NCBI GenBank assembly: GCA_947178105.1
Contig: CAMWXD010000019.1
Span: forward strand, 216 to 64,215
Length of the DNA: 64,000 nt
From: an uncultured Eubacterium sp.
GTDB lineage: Bacteria; Bacillota; Clostridia; Lachnospirales; Lachnospiraceae
Direction: 5' to 3'
The stretch's first letter is position 1. Each line of letters begins with the position of its first letter. The notes below the pieces were generated by a model. It was given only the letters and a program-made list of their open reading frames with translations, was not told where the DNA came from and ran no database searches. The translations under genes were made by a program, and so were the position numbers. This document shows, piece after piece, positions 19,411 through 31,001 of this stretch.

Positions 19411-19908
19411 ATGGAAGTAACATTAGTAAGGGCGAATATTGACAATGCAAAAGAACTACACGCTATGCAAGTCGAAGCTTTCAAAGAATTATTAGAGAAA
19501 TATCAAGATTTTGACACCAGTCCTGCAAATGAAAACATGGAAAAAGTAGAAGCACGTTTGAAACAAGGCTATACATTTTACTATTTTATCTGTATCGGAC
19601 AACAAAAAGCAGGAGCTGTCCGAATTGTTGATAGAATGGAAAACGGACAAAACAAAAGGATTTCTCCAATATTTATTTTGCCGGAATTTCAAGGAAAAGG
19701 CATTGCACAGAAAGCAATCCGGCTGTGTGAAGAAATACATGGAAACGGAAATTGGGAGCTGGATACAATTTTGCAGGAGCCTAGAAACTGTCATTTGTAT
19801 GAGAAAATGGGGTATCGGCAGACAGGTAAAACAGAGACCATTAACGAAAGGCTTACATTAGCGTTTTATGAAAAAAAGGAGAGATCATATGCTTGCTACG
19901 ATACCTAA
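19411..19908 (+). CDS. GNAT family N-acetyltransferase
   Basis: ILPEFQGKGIA acetyl-CoA motif A, NCHLYEKMGY; RBS ggagg. Confidence 0.9.
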   Translation: MEVTLVRANIDNAKELHAMQVEAFKELLEKYQDFDTSPANENMEKVEARLKQGYTFYYFICIGQQKAGAVRIVDRMENGQNKRISPIFILPEFQGKGIAQKAIRLCEEIHGNGNWELDTILQEPRNCHLYEKMGYRQTGKTETINERLTLAFYEKKERSYACYDT

Positions 19909-20001
19909 TGATGAAGAAATGATTGAGCTGGCAGTTTGATGCAGTTTTGCTGCAACCGTTTATTAGTGCAGCAATCAATACATTTTCCGTTTCATTGTTG
20001 T

Positions 20002-20100
20002 TTAGGCGAGGCAGCTTTGCACTGCAACTGCCTTGCCTAAAATACGGACATTTTTCAGTTCCTTTTCCATAAATATACAGTCTTCGAACGCAGAATGCGG
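20002..20100 (-). pseudogene. C-terminal remnant of a LexA/CI-like S24 peptidase repressor
   Basis: Translation FEDCIFMEKELKNVRILGKAVAVQS resembles the end of phage-repressor S24 domains; no upstream part present. Confidence 0.5.
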
Positions 20101-20635
20101 AAAAGCTACGACTGAAGGTGAAGGCAAAATTGATGCAGGTACAAATGGTACTGTAGATGCTGCAACCAATGAAAAGATAGAGGGTATTACAGGATTGCCG
20201 GATGAAGGCGCTGCTTTACCAGAAGATCCATCGAATCCAGAAGAACCTTCAAACCCGGAAGATCCTTCAAATCCAGAAGATCCTTCAGAGCCTACAACTC
20301 CAACGGGCGATCCTTCGATCACTCTTCAGGCTGCACAGGTTACATCAGGATCAAGTGTTATTGTTGTCGTGACAGCAAGTGCATTTAAGTTAGGTGAGAC
20401 AGAAGCAAACGCTACTTTTGCAGCAAGCGCTTCCTGCGGCAATGCACAGTCGACATCTGCTGACAACGGCGTATATACATTTGCTGCGGGAACAACCGGT
20501 ACACTGACATTTACAGTGACGGCAAATGAAGTTACTTATACAGTAACAGCAGAAATTACTTCTTTGACAAGTGAGGCCAGCACTCTGCCTGCGACGGTAA
20601 CAGCACCGTCCGGCTCAGAAAGCAGCGGCAGCTAA
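20095..20635 (+). pseudogene. 5'-truncated Thr/Ala/Ser-rich surface protein fragment with (PE[D/E]PS[N/E])x4 linker
   Basis: Open frame to TAA at 20635, no credible RBS/start, own terminator downstream. Confidence 0.55.
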
Positions 20636-20661
20636 AGAAACAGAACACCATGTTTTGCATG

Positions 20662-20697
20662 AAAAAATCTCAGGGGCGTTTGCCTCTGAGATTTTTT
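20662..20697. terminator. Bidirectional Rho-independent terminator
   Basis: aaaaaatctcaggggc gttt gcctctgagatttttt between convergent ORFs. Confidence 0.8.
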
Positions 20698-20698
20698 A

Positions 20699-21682
20699 TC
20701 AGCTATGAGGCGTCCAGAAGGATTCTTTTCTTTTTTGGTAAATTTCCTTTACCTTTGCAGCAGGGATTTGATGTTTGGAAGCGATTGCCTCAAATGCCTG
20801 GGACTGCGTAACGCCGAAATCTAAGATTGCATCTACACCAAGAAAGATGCCTTGTTCCAGTCCTTGCTCCAGTCCTTGTTCCAGTCCTTGTTCCAATCCT
20901 TGTTCCAATCCTTGTACTAAGCCTTCCTCACGTGCTTCTTCACTCCTGATTTCCAGTAAATCATTATAATCCAGTGTTTCTTTAATCATATCAGCTACAT
21001 CTTCCTTCCTATTTAAAAATTCGGATAACAGATAATGGGAATCTTTGTATTTTTGCACAATATTAGATATGATATCCAGCTTTTCTTGTTCTTTTTTGCC
21101 TTTTGTACTGGAATCAATGTCTTGTGTAAGGCCAATAAACTCGGCTAAAATGCCCGTGGCATTGTTACGGTCGATGACTTTTACCATAAGTTCTAATGCG
21201 GAAGTTTTTTCATAAAAAGCATTACTGAGCAGCAGCTTGTTCGGATGGTTTTCAGTGCCTGTATAAATGACATAAAATTCAGGTGTTGGGATCAGAATTC
21301 GCTTGCGTTTATGCAGCAGCTTATTTTTCTCTCCTGAAAACAACCGTTTATATTGTTCTGCTATGTAAAGCAGCAGTCTTGTGGGCATGTTCTCGTTGAT
21401 GGTTGCCTGGTGCTCTGTCAGTACGATAAACTTGTCACGAGCTAACATGCACATATCGTTATACAAGTCAATGGTAAACAGATTTTCCAGAGTGATAATT
21501 GCAATGTCATCCTCCGTAATCGGGATGTCTTCTGGAAACAGCGCTTCATACAGATATTTGGCATATTTCTTTTCGTGAAATAACATTGTGAAAAGAGTGG
21601 TTTTGTACGTTCGGTTAAAATGTTCTTCGGTTGGTTTGTCTAAATGGTTCTGCATTAAATTTCCAGAAGGATCTTTTGTCAT
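20699..21682 (-). CDS. Rpn-family PD-(D/E)XK nuclease / putative transposase with (GLEQ)n C-terminal repeats
   Basis: NRTYKTTLFTMLF, NDMC...LTEHQATINENMPTRLLLY, PEFYVIYTG; RBS aaaggagg before ATG 21682. Confidence 0.82.
   Translation of the reverse strand: MTKDPSGNLMQNHLDKPTEEHFNRTYKTTLFTMLFHEKKYAKYLYEALFPEDIPITEDDIAIITLENLFTIDLYNDMCMLARDKFIVLTEHQATINENMPTRLLLYIAEQYKRLFSGEKNKLLHKRKRILIPTPEFYVIYTGTENHPNKLLLSNAFYEKTSALELMVKVIDRNNATGILAEFIGLTQDIDSSTKGKKEQEKLDIISNIVQKYKDSHYLLSEFLNRKEDVADMIKETLDYNDLLEIRSEEAREEGLVQGLEQGLEQGLEQGLEQGLEQGIFLGVDAILDFGVTQSQAFEAIASKHQIPAAKVKEIYQKRKESFWTPHS
20850..20922. repeat. 12-bp coding tandem repeat encoding GLEQ units
   Basis: ccttg(t/c)tcca(g/a)t repeated about 5-6 times. 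Confidence 0.9.
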
Positions 21683-21736
21683 GGAACGGCCTCCTTTATT
21701 TTCTATTATAGCTGAATCCTGTACAAATAACAAGTG

Positions 21737-22897
21737 TCAGCTTTCCAGTTCCCGCACATGCGCTAACACCATCATCGCGAGCTTAAAGGTCATCGCGTCT
21801 TCAAACTTGCGGATATCCAGCCCCAGTATTTTTTCCAGGCGCTCCAGCCGGTATACAAGCGTATTCCGGTGCAGGTAGAGCTGCCTGGCGGTTTCGGAAA
21901 TGTTGAGGTTGTTTTCGTAAAATTTCTGAATGGTATTTTGTGTTTCTTCGTCCAGGGCGTCTGGAATCTGTGTACCGAATACTTCGTTTAAAAAAATGTG
22001 GCACAGGTCAGCCGGGAGTTGTGCGATCAGCCTGCCGATGCCCAACTCGTCATAGGCAATGGTATCCTGTTCTGCAAAAAAAGTGTGCCGGATTTTCAAA
22101 GCGGTAAGCGCTTCCTGATAGATCTGCATAAGCTGTGAAAAGCTGTCCGCCAGAGTGCTGTAACCGATATACGTCTGTAAGAGCGCTTCGGCACGCAGAG
22201 TATCGGCAAGTGTCTGTGCAAAAAGTTTCAGGCTTGCGCAGATTTGTTCGGAATCAATGGCGGCAGGCTGCTTTTTTTTCGTTCTTATCTGGGGCAGTTT
22301 TGTGTCGGAAGCTGTCTGAGCCTTATATTCTTTTAAGATATTGGATACGTCTTTGACCAGCAGCAAATGGTGTTCATCCAGTTCGCAGCAAAAATCCAGC
22401 TTGTGGCCTGCGAAAGCATGTTCTAATAATTGATAGGCGTACGAATCTGTAAAGCCTTCCTGGCATTCGATGACAAATGCTGCCCACGAAGCGGTTGCCA
22501 GCCTTAATTTCTTAATCTGGCGGTTTCTTTCAGAAGAGGACAGCGAGCCAGTGACCAGGTTGCGGATAAATACCGATTTTGTAACAGAATCTTCCTGGGA
22601 TTCTAACAGGTTTTTTAGCTGGCAGACAGCAAGGCGCCCGATGGTAAAAGAGTCTGGTGCAAAATTTGATACGAGCAGTACGTAGGAGAGCGTATCAAAG
22701 CTGATGACTTTAAAATAGTGGAATGCTCCAAGTGACTGGCTGTCCACGTCGGAACGGATAAATTCATGCACACTGTCGTCCACAGAGGCGTCAGTGCCCG
22801 TGAAAGCAGCCGCACAGCTTCCGTCCGCATCGTATAAGATCATTGGAATTCTTGAGATTTCCATAATTTCTTCAAGAATTGCCTGGAATTTTTTCAT
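21737..22897 (-). CDS. PucR/CdaR family transcriptional regulator
   Basis: C-terminal HTH NLNISETARQLYLHRNTLVYRLERL. Confidence 0.9.
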   Translation of the reverse strand: MKKFQAILEEIMEISRIPMILYDADGSCAAAFTGTDASVDDSVHEFIRSDVDSQSLGAFHYFKVISFDTLSYVLLVSNFAPDSFTIGRLAVCQLKNLLESQEDSVTKSVFIRNLVTGSLSSSERNRQIKKLRLATASWAAFVIECQEGFTDSYAYQLLEHAFAGHKLDFCCELDEHHLLLVKDVSNILKEYKAQTASDTKLPQIRTKKKQPAAIDSEQICASLKLFAQTLADTLRAEALLQTYIGYSTLADSFSQLMQIYQEALTALKIRHTFFAEQDTIAYDELGIGRLIAQLPADLCHIFLNEVFGTQIPDALDEETQNTIQKFYENNLNISETARQLYLHRNTLVYRLERLEKILGLDIRKFEDAMTFKLAMMVLAHVRELES

Positions 22898-23184
22898 GCA
22901 AGATCCTCCATTTTATGCGTATTTACAAGGTAATTGAAACTATCTTACCATAAAAAAGAAAGGAAGCCAATACCGGGTTGGTGATATTGCGCTTCCTTTC
23001 CTGATGTGTGCAACGATAAAAAAGTGTAAATAAAAGTTTCCATATGGAAATAATGCCTGCCCAAAATGGGCAAGACATTACTTCTGGCATTGTATTGTTC
23101 AGTTGAATCGTATTTTCGTTTTTGTTAACAGTAAGATGGTTCCTGTTTTATTTTAGATTTTTTCCTGTTTTTTCTTTGTTTTTC

Positions 23185-24294
23185 TTAGTTTGTAATTGTA
23201 AGCTCTGTATCATGGTCAAATACATGGATCTTTTCCGGATTCAGGGCAAGTGTCACATGATCGCCAAGACGTGCGGTTGTAGAAGATTCTACTTTTGCAC
23301 TCATATTTGCTCCGCCTACCTGGAAGTAGAGGATAACTTCAGAACCAAGCAGCTCGTAGCCAGTTACGTTGGAATCGATCTTTGCTGCATAGTTGCTCAT
23401 TTCATAATCGGAATCACCTAAATCTTCAGGACGGATTCCCATAATTACAGTCTTTCCGTTGTAGCCGCCGTCTACTAATTTCTTTGCTTTTGCAGGAGGC
23501 AGTGCGATGGAGAATTTATCAAAGTTCAAGGTTACGTCAGAACCGCTGACTTTACAAGTAGCGTTTACAAAGTTCATCTGCGGAGATCCGATAAATCCAG
23601 CTACGAACAGGTTGTTTGGCTGGTTGTATAATTTCTGCGGAGAATCTACCTGCTGTACAACGCCGTCTTTTAATACGACGATTCTTGTACCGAGCGTCAT
23701 AGCCTCTGTCTGGTCATGTGTTACATAGATAATCGTAGCTTTTAATTTATGATGCAGGGCGGAGATTTCGGTTCTCATCTGTACTCTCAGTTTTGCATCC
23801 AGGTTGGATAACGGCTCATCCATCAGGAATACTTTTGGATTACGTACGATTGCACGACCCATCGCCACACGCTGTCTCTGACCACCGGAAAGAGCCTTTG
23901 GCTTACGGTCTAATAACTGCTCCAGGTCAAGGATTTTTGCAGCTTCTTTTACTTTTTTATCAATTTCATCCTTTGGAACCTTTCTCATCTTAAGGCCGAA
24001 AGCGATGTTATCATATACGGTCATATGCGGATACAGAGCGTAGTTCTGGAATACCATCGCGATATCTCTGTCTTTTGGCTCTACGTCGTTCACACGTCTG
24101 CCGTCGATGACCAGGTCACCGGAAGAAATATCTTCCAAGCCGGCTACCATACGCAGAGTTGTGGATTTTCCACAGCCGGACGGGCCTACAAAGATGATAA
24201 ATTCCTGATCAGCGATTTCAAGGTTGAAATCCTTTACTGCTTCGAATCCGTTTGGATATTTTTTACAGATGTTTTTCAGTGATACACTTGACAT
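23185..24294 (-). CDS. msmK: Multiple-sugar ABC ATPase (MsmK/MsmX/UgpC)
   Basis: [37 protein letters not shown]-like C-terminus; RBS aggagg. Confidence 0.92.
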   Translation of the reverse strand: MSSVSLKNICKKYPNGFEAVKDFNLEIADQEFIIFVGPSGCGKSTTLRMVAGLEDISSGDLVIDGRRVNDVEPKDRDIAMVFQNYALYPHMTVYDNIAFGLKMRKVPKDEIDKKVKEAAKILDLEQLLDRKPKALSGGQRQRVAMGRAIVRNPKVFLMDEPLSNLDAKLRVQMRTEISALHHKLKATIIYVTHDQTEAMTLGTRIVVLKDGVVQQVDSPQKLYNQPNNLFVAGFIGSPQMNFVNATCKVSGSDVTLNFDKFSIALPPAKAKKLVDGGYNGKTVIMGIRPEDLGDSDYEMSNYAAKIDSNVTGYELLGSEVILYFQVGGANMSAKVESSTTARLGDHVTLALNPEKIHVFDHDTELTITN

Positions 24295-24639
24295 AATTAA
24301 AATCCTCCTAAAATGTATAATATTTTGAACGGCTGTGCGCTGCATCAGCCGTAAAGCTCTGTTTGCCGCTTACAAGTGATACTATAGCAGATTTGGGCAG
24401 GGCTGGCTATAGGGGGATGTTCTAAAGATCTCTGGAGCTGGGATGGGAAATTGACGAAAAAAGGTTCGGGCACAGTTAAAGTTCGTCATAATGACAGTAT
24501 TTGGACTAAATATTGAGCAAATTAACGAAAAAATTTTGACAAATATAAATATTTTCATTCTGTACAATGTGTGGTAGAATAAAGGCAGCACTGTAGATGA
24601 GGTATACTCAGTGGACAATGGGGGAGGGGACAATTCAGC

Positions 24640-26685
24640 ATGAAACGCAAACAGGAAAAAGACAAACAGGAGAACTACAGACAGGAGAATTACAGACAAA
24701 ATAAAATCATTTCGATACGGACAAAGCTGCTTGGCATTATCCTGCCGGCTGTGATCATTATTGTAACCGTCCTTGTCGGGATTTCATACAAAATTTCGCG
24801 TACAACGATGGAGAATACAGCACAGAACCTGCTTCAGACATCTGTGGAAAACCAGTCCAGCGAGATTGAGGCGTGGCTGAATGCAAATCTGTCGGCGCTT
24901 GGGGCAGTCAAGCAGAGCATTGAGACAATGGATATGACGGGTGTGCAGCTACAGCAGCTTTTAAACGGGTATTATGGGTATAATAATAATTTTCCGCAGG
25001 GGCTGTATATTGCAGACGCATCGGGAACTATGATGACCGCTGACAGCTCGACAAAGACAGAAAGCGACCCGACAAACACGGTCTGGTACCAGGAAGGGAT
25101 GAAAAGGGTCAATATGGGCTTTACAAGCGCCTATACAAATGCAGACGGGGAAGCGGTTATCAGCGCCAGTGGTATTTTAAACGACGGCAGCGGAAGCCTG
25201 AAAGTGATCTCTGCGGATTTGTCGTTGCAAAAGATCGGTATTATTGTCAGCAGCCTTGTCAGCATGGAGCAGGCGCAGGCATTTTTGGTTGATAGTAAAG
25301 ACCTGTCGATTTTGGCGCACCGTGACAGCAGCCTTGTGTCGGCAAAGCTGGATGAGTCGCAGGATGTATTTTTAAAGGATGTGTCGGAAAGGCTTAAGGA
25401 AGATGAATTAAGTACGGCGCAGATTGACGGAAATATGGCTGCGTTTGCGGAAATTGTGGGGACAGACTGGATACTGGTGTCCTATATCCCGGTTAAAGTA
25501 ATCTACCGTGATGTAGACAGGATCCGTACGGCAATGATTTTGACAGGTATTCTTAGCGTGCTGCTGCTTGGCATTTTAATTGAGCGTGTGGTATATGTCG
25601 TTATCCGTCCGGTAAGAGGGCTGACAAAAGCGATTATGGCTATGACGGAAGGAGATTTTACCGTCAGGATCGAGACGCACAGCAGGGATGAAATCGGGGT
25701 GATGGGCCGCTGTATGGAAAAATATGCGCATACGATGCGCTCGATGATTGCGTCGATCCATGATGTATCCGGCAGGCTGCATGTGCAGGCAGGCAACAGC
25801 AACGACGTATCCGGGCAGATGTATGACGCGTCTAAAATGCAGAGCGCTTCGATGCAGGAATTAAACGAGACGGTAGAGCAGTTGTCTATATCGGTCAATG
25901 AAATTGCACAAAATGCGACGACGCTTGCGATGGTGGTAGCAGATACAAGGGAAAACAGCGTGCAGGTAAATGACCGGATGCGCGAAACAGTCGAGGTGTC
26001 CCAAAAGGGCAAGGCAGACATGCAAAATGTCGGCAGCGCGATGCAGGATATTAACGAATCGGTGATAAGGCTGCAAGAAGCAATCGGCAAGGTGGGAAAA
26101 GCGTCAGAGGAGATTACGAATATTACAAATGTAATAGGAAATATTGCAGATGAGACAAACCTGTTGTCCTTAAATGCTTCCATTGAAGCGGCAAGGGCTG
26201 GAGAAGCCGGACGGGGCTTTGCGGTAGTCGCTACACAGATCGGACAGCTTGCCCAGACGAGCGCAGATTCTGTGCACCATATTGAAAAGCTGATAAGCGA
26301 GATCAACGGGCTGGTCAGGGATGCAGTATCGCAGGCGGATGACAGTGTGGGCAGCATCAACCACAGCAGCGGGCTGGTAAACGGCGCGTTGCACACGTTT
26401 GACCAGATTTTTGACAATATCGATATGGTAAGCACGCTGGTGCAGCAGATGATCGGCCAGGTCGAGCAGGTGGACGGCGTTGCGAGCAATGTGGCAGCGA
26501 TTTCGCAGGAGCAGGCGGCAAGCTCGCAGGAAATCCTTGCTTCTTCCGATACGATGGTGGAACAGGCGAACCACATTACAGACAACAGCAAGTCCGTAGC
26601 AAGCGGGGCGAAAGAGCTGACAGATTCGGCAGTAGAGCTGGCACATCAGATCGAGATCTTTAAGATCGGGGAGGACATATCATGA
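24640..26685 (+). CDS. Methyl-accepting chemotaxis protein (dCache-HAMP-MA)
   Basis: Two TMs, WY..G..T.AY Cache motif, [35 protein letters not shown]. Confidence 0.93.
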   Translation: MKRKQEKDKQENYRQENYRQNKIISIRTKLLGIILPAVIIIVTVLVGISYKISRTTMENTAQNLLQTSVENQSSEIEAWLNANLSALGAVKQSIETMDMTGVQLQQLLNGYYGYNNNFPQGLYIADASGTMMTADSSTKTESDPTNTVWYQEGMKRVNMGFTSAYTNADGEAVISASGILNDGSGSLKVISADLSLQKIGIIVSSLVSMEQAQAFLVDSKDLSILAHRDSSLVSAKLDESQDVFLKDVSERLKEDELSTAQIDGNMAAFAEIVGTDWILVSYIPVKVIYRDVDRIRTAMILTGILSVLLLGILIERVVYVVIRPVRGLTKAIMAMTEGDFTVRIETHSRDEIGVMGRCMEKYAHTMRSMIASIHDVSGRLHVQAGNSNDVSGQMYDASKMQSASMQELNETVEQLSISVNEIAQNATTLAMVVADTRENSVQVNDRMRETVEVSQKGKADMQNVGSAMQDINESVIRLQEAIGKVGKASEEITNITNVIGNIADETNLLSLNASIEAARAGEAGRGFAVVATQIGQLAQTSADSVHHIEKLISEINGLVRDAVSQADDSVGSINHSSGLVNGALHTFDQIFDNIDMVSTLVQQMIGQVEQVDGVASNVAAISQEQAASSQEILASSDTMVEQANHITDNSKSVASGAKELTDSAVELAHQIEIFKIGEDIS

Positions 26686-27695
26686 ACGAAAATGGGAATC
26701 AAAATCGGGATCGGAATCATAAAAAAAGGCTTTCAGTCGCGCTGGCAGCCTGTCTTGGCGCAGCGGCAATCTCCGGCGGCTGCGGGGATGCGTCTGAGGA
26801 TGCCCAAAAGGATATGAAGATGCTCATTACGATCAGCGAAATGGACACTTTTCGCCAGACACTTGCCGATGCGGCACAGCAGGCGGCGCAGCAGCAGGGG
26901 ATCAGCCTGGAAGTCATGGATGCGCAGGGGGTTGTGGAAAATCAGGTCGACCAGATCCAAAAGGCGGCAAAAGAGGGCTATGACGCTGTGCTTTGCGGGG
27001 CGATTGATGTGGATACGGCAGTGGAGCTAAAGGCAAGCGCAGGCGGGATGCCGATTGTATTTGTCAATAGCTGTCCAAACGATAAAAATTTGGAAAAGGA
27101 TGCCTATATGTATGTAGGGTCTGACGATTTTACGGCAGGGGAATTTCAGGCGCAGTACGTACTGGACAAGCTTGCTTCCAAAAACGAGATTAACGTTATG
27201 CTGCTCAAAGGCCCGACTGCGCATTCTGCGACAATCGGACGTACCAAAGGGGTAAAAAAGACGTTTGCGGCAAGCGGCAAGCAGGTTAATTATGTATTTG
27301 AGGACAATGCCGACTGGTCGACAGATAAGGCGGCGGAGATGTTTGAAATATTTTTGCAGACAGGCAAGCAGGCGGACTGTGTGATCTGCAACAATGACTC
27401 GATGGCGCTCGGCGTCGTGCAGGCGTGCAAAAAAGCAGGCATTGACCCGGCAAGCATCCTGATTCTTGGCGTGGATGCGACTGCGGACGGATGCGCAGCG
27501 ATCGAAAGCGGGGAAATGGCATTTACCGTATACCAGTCTGGAAAAGGCCAGGGGCAGGCTGCGGTAAAAGCAGCGGCTGCGCTTGCAGCAGGAGCTTCCA
27601 TAGACGAGCTGGAGGGCGTCTCGGAGGATGGGAAATATGTCTGGGTACCGTTTGAAAAGGTGGACGGCAGCAATGTCGGGAAATATATGCAGTAA
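26682..27695 (+). CDS. Sugar-binding lipoprotein (RbsB/MglB-like)
   Basis: Lipobox-like SGGC; [24 protein letters not shown]; ATGA overlap with MCP. Confidence 0.88.
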   Translation: MNENGNQNRDRNHKKRLSVALAACLGAAAISGGCGDASEDAQKDMKMLITISEMDTFRQTLADAAQQAAQQQGISLEVMDAQGVVENQVDQIQKAAKEGYDAVLCGAIDVDTAVELKASAGGMPIVFVNSCPNDKNLEKDAYMYVGSDDFTAGEFQAQYVLDKLASKNEINVMLLKGPTAHSATIGRTKGVKKTFAASGKQVNYVFEDNADWSTDKAAEMFEIFLQTGKQADCVICNNDSMALGVVQACKKAGIDPASILILGVDATADGCAAIESGEMAFTVYQSGKGQGQAAVKAAAALAAGASIDELEGVSEDGKYVWVPFEKVDGSNVGKYMQ

Positions 27696-27737
27696 TTTTG
27701 TGGCGCAGAATAATGAAAAAGGAAGGAACAGATTGTC

Positions 27738-28286
27738 ATGCGTGTAGGAATGGGATATGATGTACACAGACTCACAAAAGAGAGGAAGCTGATACTTGGC
27801 GGTGTAGAGATCCCGCATACGCTTGGGCTGCTTGGGCATTCGGATGCGGATGTGGCGGTACATGCGGTTATGGACGCCCTGCTTGGGGCAGCAGCGCTTG
27901 GAGATATCGGAAAACATTTTCCGGATACAGACGATGCGTACGAAGGGATCAGCAGCTTGAAGCTGCTGGCGCAGGTAGGAGAGCTGCTGGCAAAGGAGCA
28001 GTACCTGATCGAAAATATCGATGTCACGATTGTGGCGCAAAAACCAAAGCTGCGGCAATATATTGCACAAATGGAACAAAATATTGCGCATACGCTGCAT
28101 CTACAGGATAACCAGGTCAATATCAAGGCGACGACCGAAGAAGGGCTTGGATTTACCGGTACGGAGCAGGGGATAGCCGCTTATGCAGTCTGTGCGCTGA
28201 CTTCGCTGTATGAAGGAAGCTTTGCCGTAGAAGGCGGCTGCTGCCGAAATCAATGTTCATCAGAAAGGAATATCGAGAAAGCATGA
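27738..28286 (+). CDS. ispF: 2-C-methyl-D-erythritol 2,4-cyclodiphosphate synthase
   Basis: [38 protein letters not shown]. Confidence 0.95.
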   Translation: MRVGMGYDVHRLTKERKLILGGVEIPHTLGLLGHSDADVAVHAVMDALLGAAALGDIGKHFPDTDDAYEGISSLKLLAQVGELLAKEQYLIENIDVTIVAQKPKLRQYIAQMEQNIAHTLHLQDNQVNIKATTEEGLGFTGTEQGIAAYAVCALTSLYEGSFAVEGGCCRNQCSSERNIEKA

Positions 28287-29689
28287 AAATTTTTAACACA
28301 TTAACAAGGCGGAAAGAAGAATTTGTCCCGCTGGAAGAGGGAAAAGTACGGATGTATGTCTGCGGGCCTACCGTATACAATCTGATTCATATTGGGAACG
28401 CAAGGCCGATGATTGTCTTTGATACGTTTCGCAGATATTTGGAATACAAAGGCTATGAGGTCAATTATGTATCCAATTTTACGGATGTGGATGATAAGAT
28501 TATAAACAAAGCGCTCGAAGAAGGGGTGGATGCCAGCGAGATTTCCAGCCGGTATATTGCAGAGTGCAAGAAAGATATGGAAGGCATGAATGTATTGCCT
28601 GCTACCGTGCATCCGCTTGCGACGCAGGAGATCGGCGGCATGATCGAAATGATCTCGGCGCTGATGGAAAAAGGGTATGCGTATGCAGCGGCGGACGGGA
28701 CGGTCTATTTCCGTACCGGAAAGTTTGCTTCGTATGGCAAGCTGTCCCATAAAAACCTGGAAGATTTACAGGCTGGGCACCGTGATATCAAGGTGGCGGG
28801 AGAGCTGAAGGAGGACCCGTTTGATTTTGTATTGTGGAAGCCGAAAAAGGAGGGCGAGCCTGCCTGGGAATCCCCTTGGGGACAGGGGCGTCCGGGATGG
28901 CATATCGAATGTTCGGTGATGTCCAAAAAATATCTGGGCGAGACCATAGACATCCATGCCGGCGGGGAAGACCTGATTTTTCCGCATCATGAAAATGAGA
29001 TCGCGCAGTCCGAAGCGGCCAGCGGCAAAGAGTTTGCCCATTATTGGATGCACAATGGTTTTTTAAATATCAATCATCAGAAAATGTCCAAATCGCTGGG
29101 CAATTTCTTTACGGTACGGGATATTGCAGAAAAATATGACTTGCAGGTGCTGCGCTTTTTTATGCTGAGCGCGCATTACAGAAGCCCGCTGAATTTCGGT
29201 GAGGATTTAATGGAAGCGGCAAAAAGCGGCTTAGAACGTATCCGTACGGCAGCGGAGCAGTTGCACCGGCTGCTGCAAGCGAGCGCACAGGAGGAGATGA
29301 CAGAGCACGAAGAGGCAGTATATGCACAGTCCGCGCAGTTTCAGCAGAAATTTGAAGCTGCGATGGAGGATGACTGCAATACTGCGGATGCGGTGTCCGC
29401 TGTGTTTGAACTGGTAAAATTTATCAATATGAACGTCTCGGCGGAGCATTCCAGGGATTATCTGAACAGGCTCTATGACAGGCTGGATTGTCTGTGCGGC
29501 ATTTTGGGCATTCAGATTATGCCGGAACAGGAGATGCTTGATGCAGAGATTGAAGAGCTGATCGCAGAGCGTCAAAAAGCCCGCAAAGACAAAGATTTTG
29601 CGCGGGCAGACCAGATCCGGGAGGAATTGGCGCAAAAAGGAATTCTTTTAAAAGATACAAGAGAAGGAGTCACATGGAAACGCGCATGA
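28283..29689 (+). CDS. cysS: Cysteine--tRNA ligase
   Basis: [25 protein letters not shown]. Confidence 0.97.
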   Translation: MKIFNTLTRRKEEFVPLEEGKVRMYVCGPTVYNLIHIGNARPMIVFDTFRRYLEYKGYEVNYVSNFTDVDDKIINKALEEGVDASEISSRYIAECKKDMEGMNVLPATVHPLATQEIGGMIEMISALMEKGYAYAAADGTVYFRTGKFASYGKLSHKNLEDLQAGHRDIKVAGELKEDPFDFVLWKPKKEGEPAWESPWGQGRPGWHIECSVMSKKYLGETIDIHAGGEDLIFPHHENEIAQSEAASGKEFAHYWMHNGFLNINHQKMSKSLGNFFTVRDIAEKYDLQVLRFFMLSAHYRSPLNFGEDLMEAAKSGLERIRTAAEQLHRLLQASAQEEMTEHEEAVYAQSAQFQQKFEAAMEDDCNTADAVSAVFELVKFINMNVSAEHSRDYLNRLYDRLDCLCGILGIQIMPEQEMLDAEIEELIAERQKARKDKDFARADQIREELAQKGILLKDTREGVTWKRA

Positions 29690-30207
29690 TCGAGGGACAG
29701 GATAGCCTGGATGCCCGCATCAGGCAGAAATTCGGGTTAGGGCAGCAGGAAGCCCAGACATATTCGCCGCTGGTGCTTGCGTATATCGGAGACGGGATCT
29801 ATGAGCTTATCATCCGTACGATTGCAGTAGGGCAGGGAAACCGGCAGGTAAAGAAGCTGCACCGCCAGGCAAGCCGTTACGCGAAGGCGCAGGCACAGTC
29901 AGAAATGATGGAAACGCTGCTGCCGCTGCTGTGTGAGGAGGAAACCCGCATCTATATGCGCGGGCGGAATGCCAAGTCGTATTCGACGGCAAAAAACGCG
30001 TCGGTGAACGATTACCGCCGCGCGACCGGGTTTGAGGCGCTTATGGGCTACCTGTATTTGCAGGGGGATATGGAGCGCCTGTTAGAGCTCGTAAAGGCAG
30101 CAGTAGACAATTATACGCCAAACGAGCATACAGGGACAGAGGCAAGAAATTGTTACGAATCCTCTTTTCACAACAGGATGGTACAGAAACAGGGAAGGAA
30201 CGGCTGA
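29674..30207 (+). CDS. mrnC: Mini-ribonuclease III
   Basis: [33 protein letters not shown]; synteny after cysS. Confidence 0.9.
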   Translation: METRMIEGQDSLDARIRQKFGLGQQEAQTYSPLVLAYIGDGIYELIIRTIAVGQGNRQVKKLHRQASRYAKAQAQSEMMETLLPLLCEEETRIYMRGRNAKSYSTAKNASVNDYRRATGFEALMGYLYLQGDMERLLELVKAAVDNYTPNEHTGTEARNCYESSFHNRMVQKQGRNG

Positions 30208-30977
30208 TGGAAAAAAACAGGGAACATGGTATCGAAGATACCGGGGAGGAGACGCTTTGGATCGAGGGCCGCAACGCGGTTTTGGAGGCGTTTCGCAGCG
30301 GGAAGACAATCGATAAGCTGTTTGTGCTGGAAGGCTGCAAGGATGGGCCGGTTCAGTCGATTTTGCGGGAGGCAAAAAAAGCAGGCACGGTGATCCAGTT
30401 CGCGGATAAGGAGCGGCTGAACCGGATGTCTGAGACCAAAAAGCACCAGGGTGTCATTGCAGCAGCGAGTGCGTATGCGTATGCGTCAGTGGAGGATATT
30501 CTAGCCAGGGCGGAGGAGAAAGGAGAAAAGCCTTTTGTCATCGTCTTAGACGGCATCGAAGACCCGCATAATCTGGGTGCAGTTATCAGGACGGCAAACC
30601 TGGCAGGGGCACATGGCGTCATTATTCCAAAGCGCCGCGCAGCCGGGCTGACCGCATCAGCAGTAAAAGCATCTGCGGGAGCGGTGCATTATACGCCGGT
30701 GGCGAAAGTGACAAACCTTTCCCAGACGATCCGGGATTTAAAGGAACGCGGGATCTGGTTTGTCTGTGCAGATATGGACGGAGAGCTGATGTACCGGCAG
30801 GATTTGACCGGGCCGATTGGGCTTGTCATTGGAAATGAGGGAGAAGGAGTCAGCAGGCTTGTAAAGGAGCAGTGTGATTACATCGCTTCGATCCCGATGA
30901 AAGGGGAGATTGGCTCGCTGAATGCATCGGTGGCGGCGGCAGTGCTTGCTTATGAGATTGTCAGGCAAAGATTGTGA
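30207..30977 (+). CDS. rlmB: 23S rRNA (guanosine-2251-2'-O)-methyltransferase
   Basis: HQGVIA, LDGIEDPHNLGA, GNEGEG, SLNASVAA SPOUT motifs. Confidence 0.93.
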   Translation: MEKNREHGIEDTGEETLWIEGRNAVLEAFRSGKTIDKLFVLEGCKDGPVQSILREAKKAGTVIQFADKERLNRMSETKKHQGVIAAASAYAYASVEDILARAEEKGEKPFVIVLDGIEDPHNLGAVIRTANLAGAHGVIIPKRRAAGLTASAVKASAGAVHYTPVAKVTNLSQTIRDLKERGIWFVCADMDGELMYRQDLTGPIGLVIGNEGEGVSRLVKEQCDYIASIPMKGEIGSLNASVAAAVLAYEIVRQRL

Positions 30978-31001
30978 TAAAAAAGGACATGAAACTAAGA
31001 C

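Noticed and set aside
15364-28282. Lysine riboswitch before lysA and T-box before cysS
   Set aside because: lysA has only a 31-nt spacer and cysS overlaps ispF, leaving no room and no motif seen
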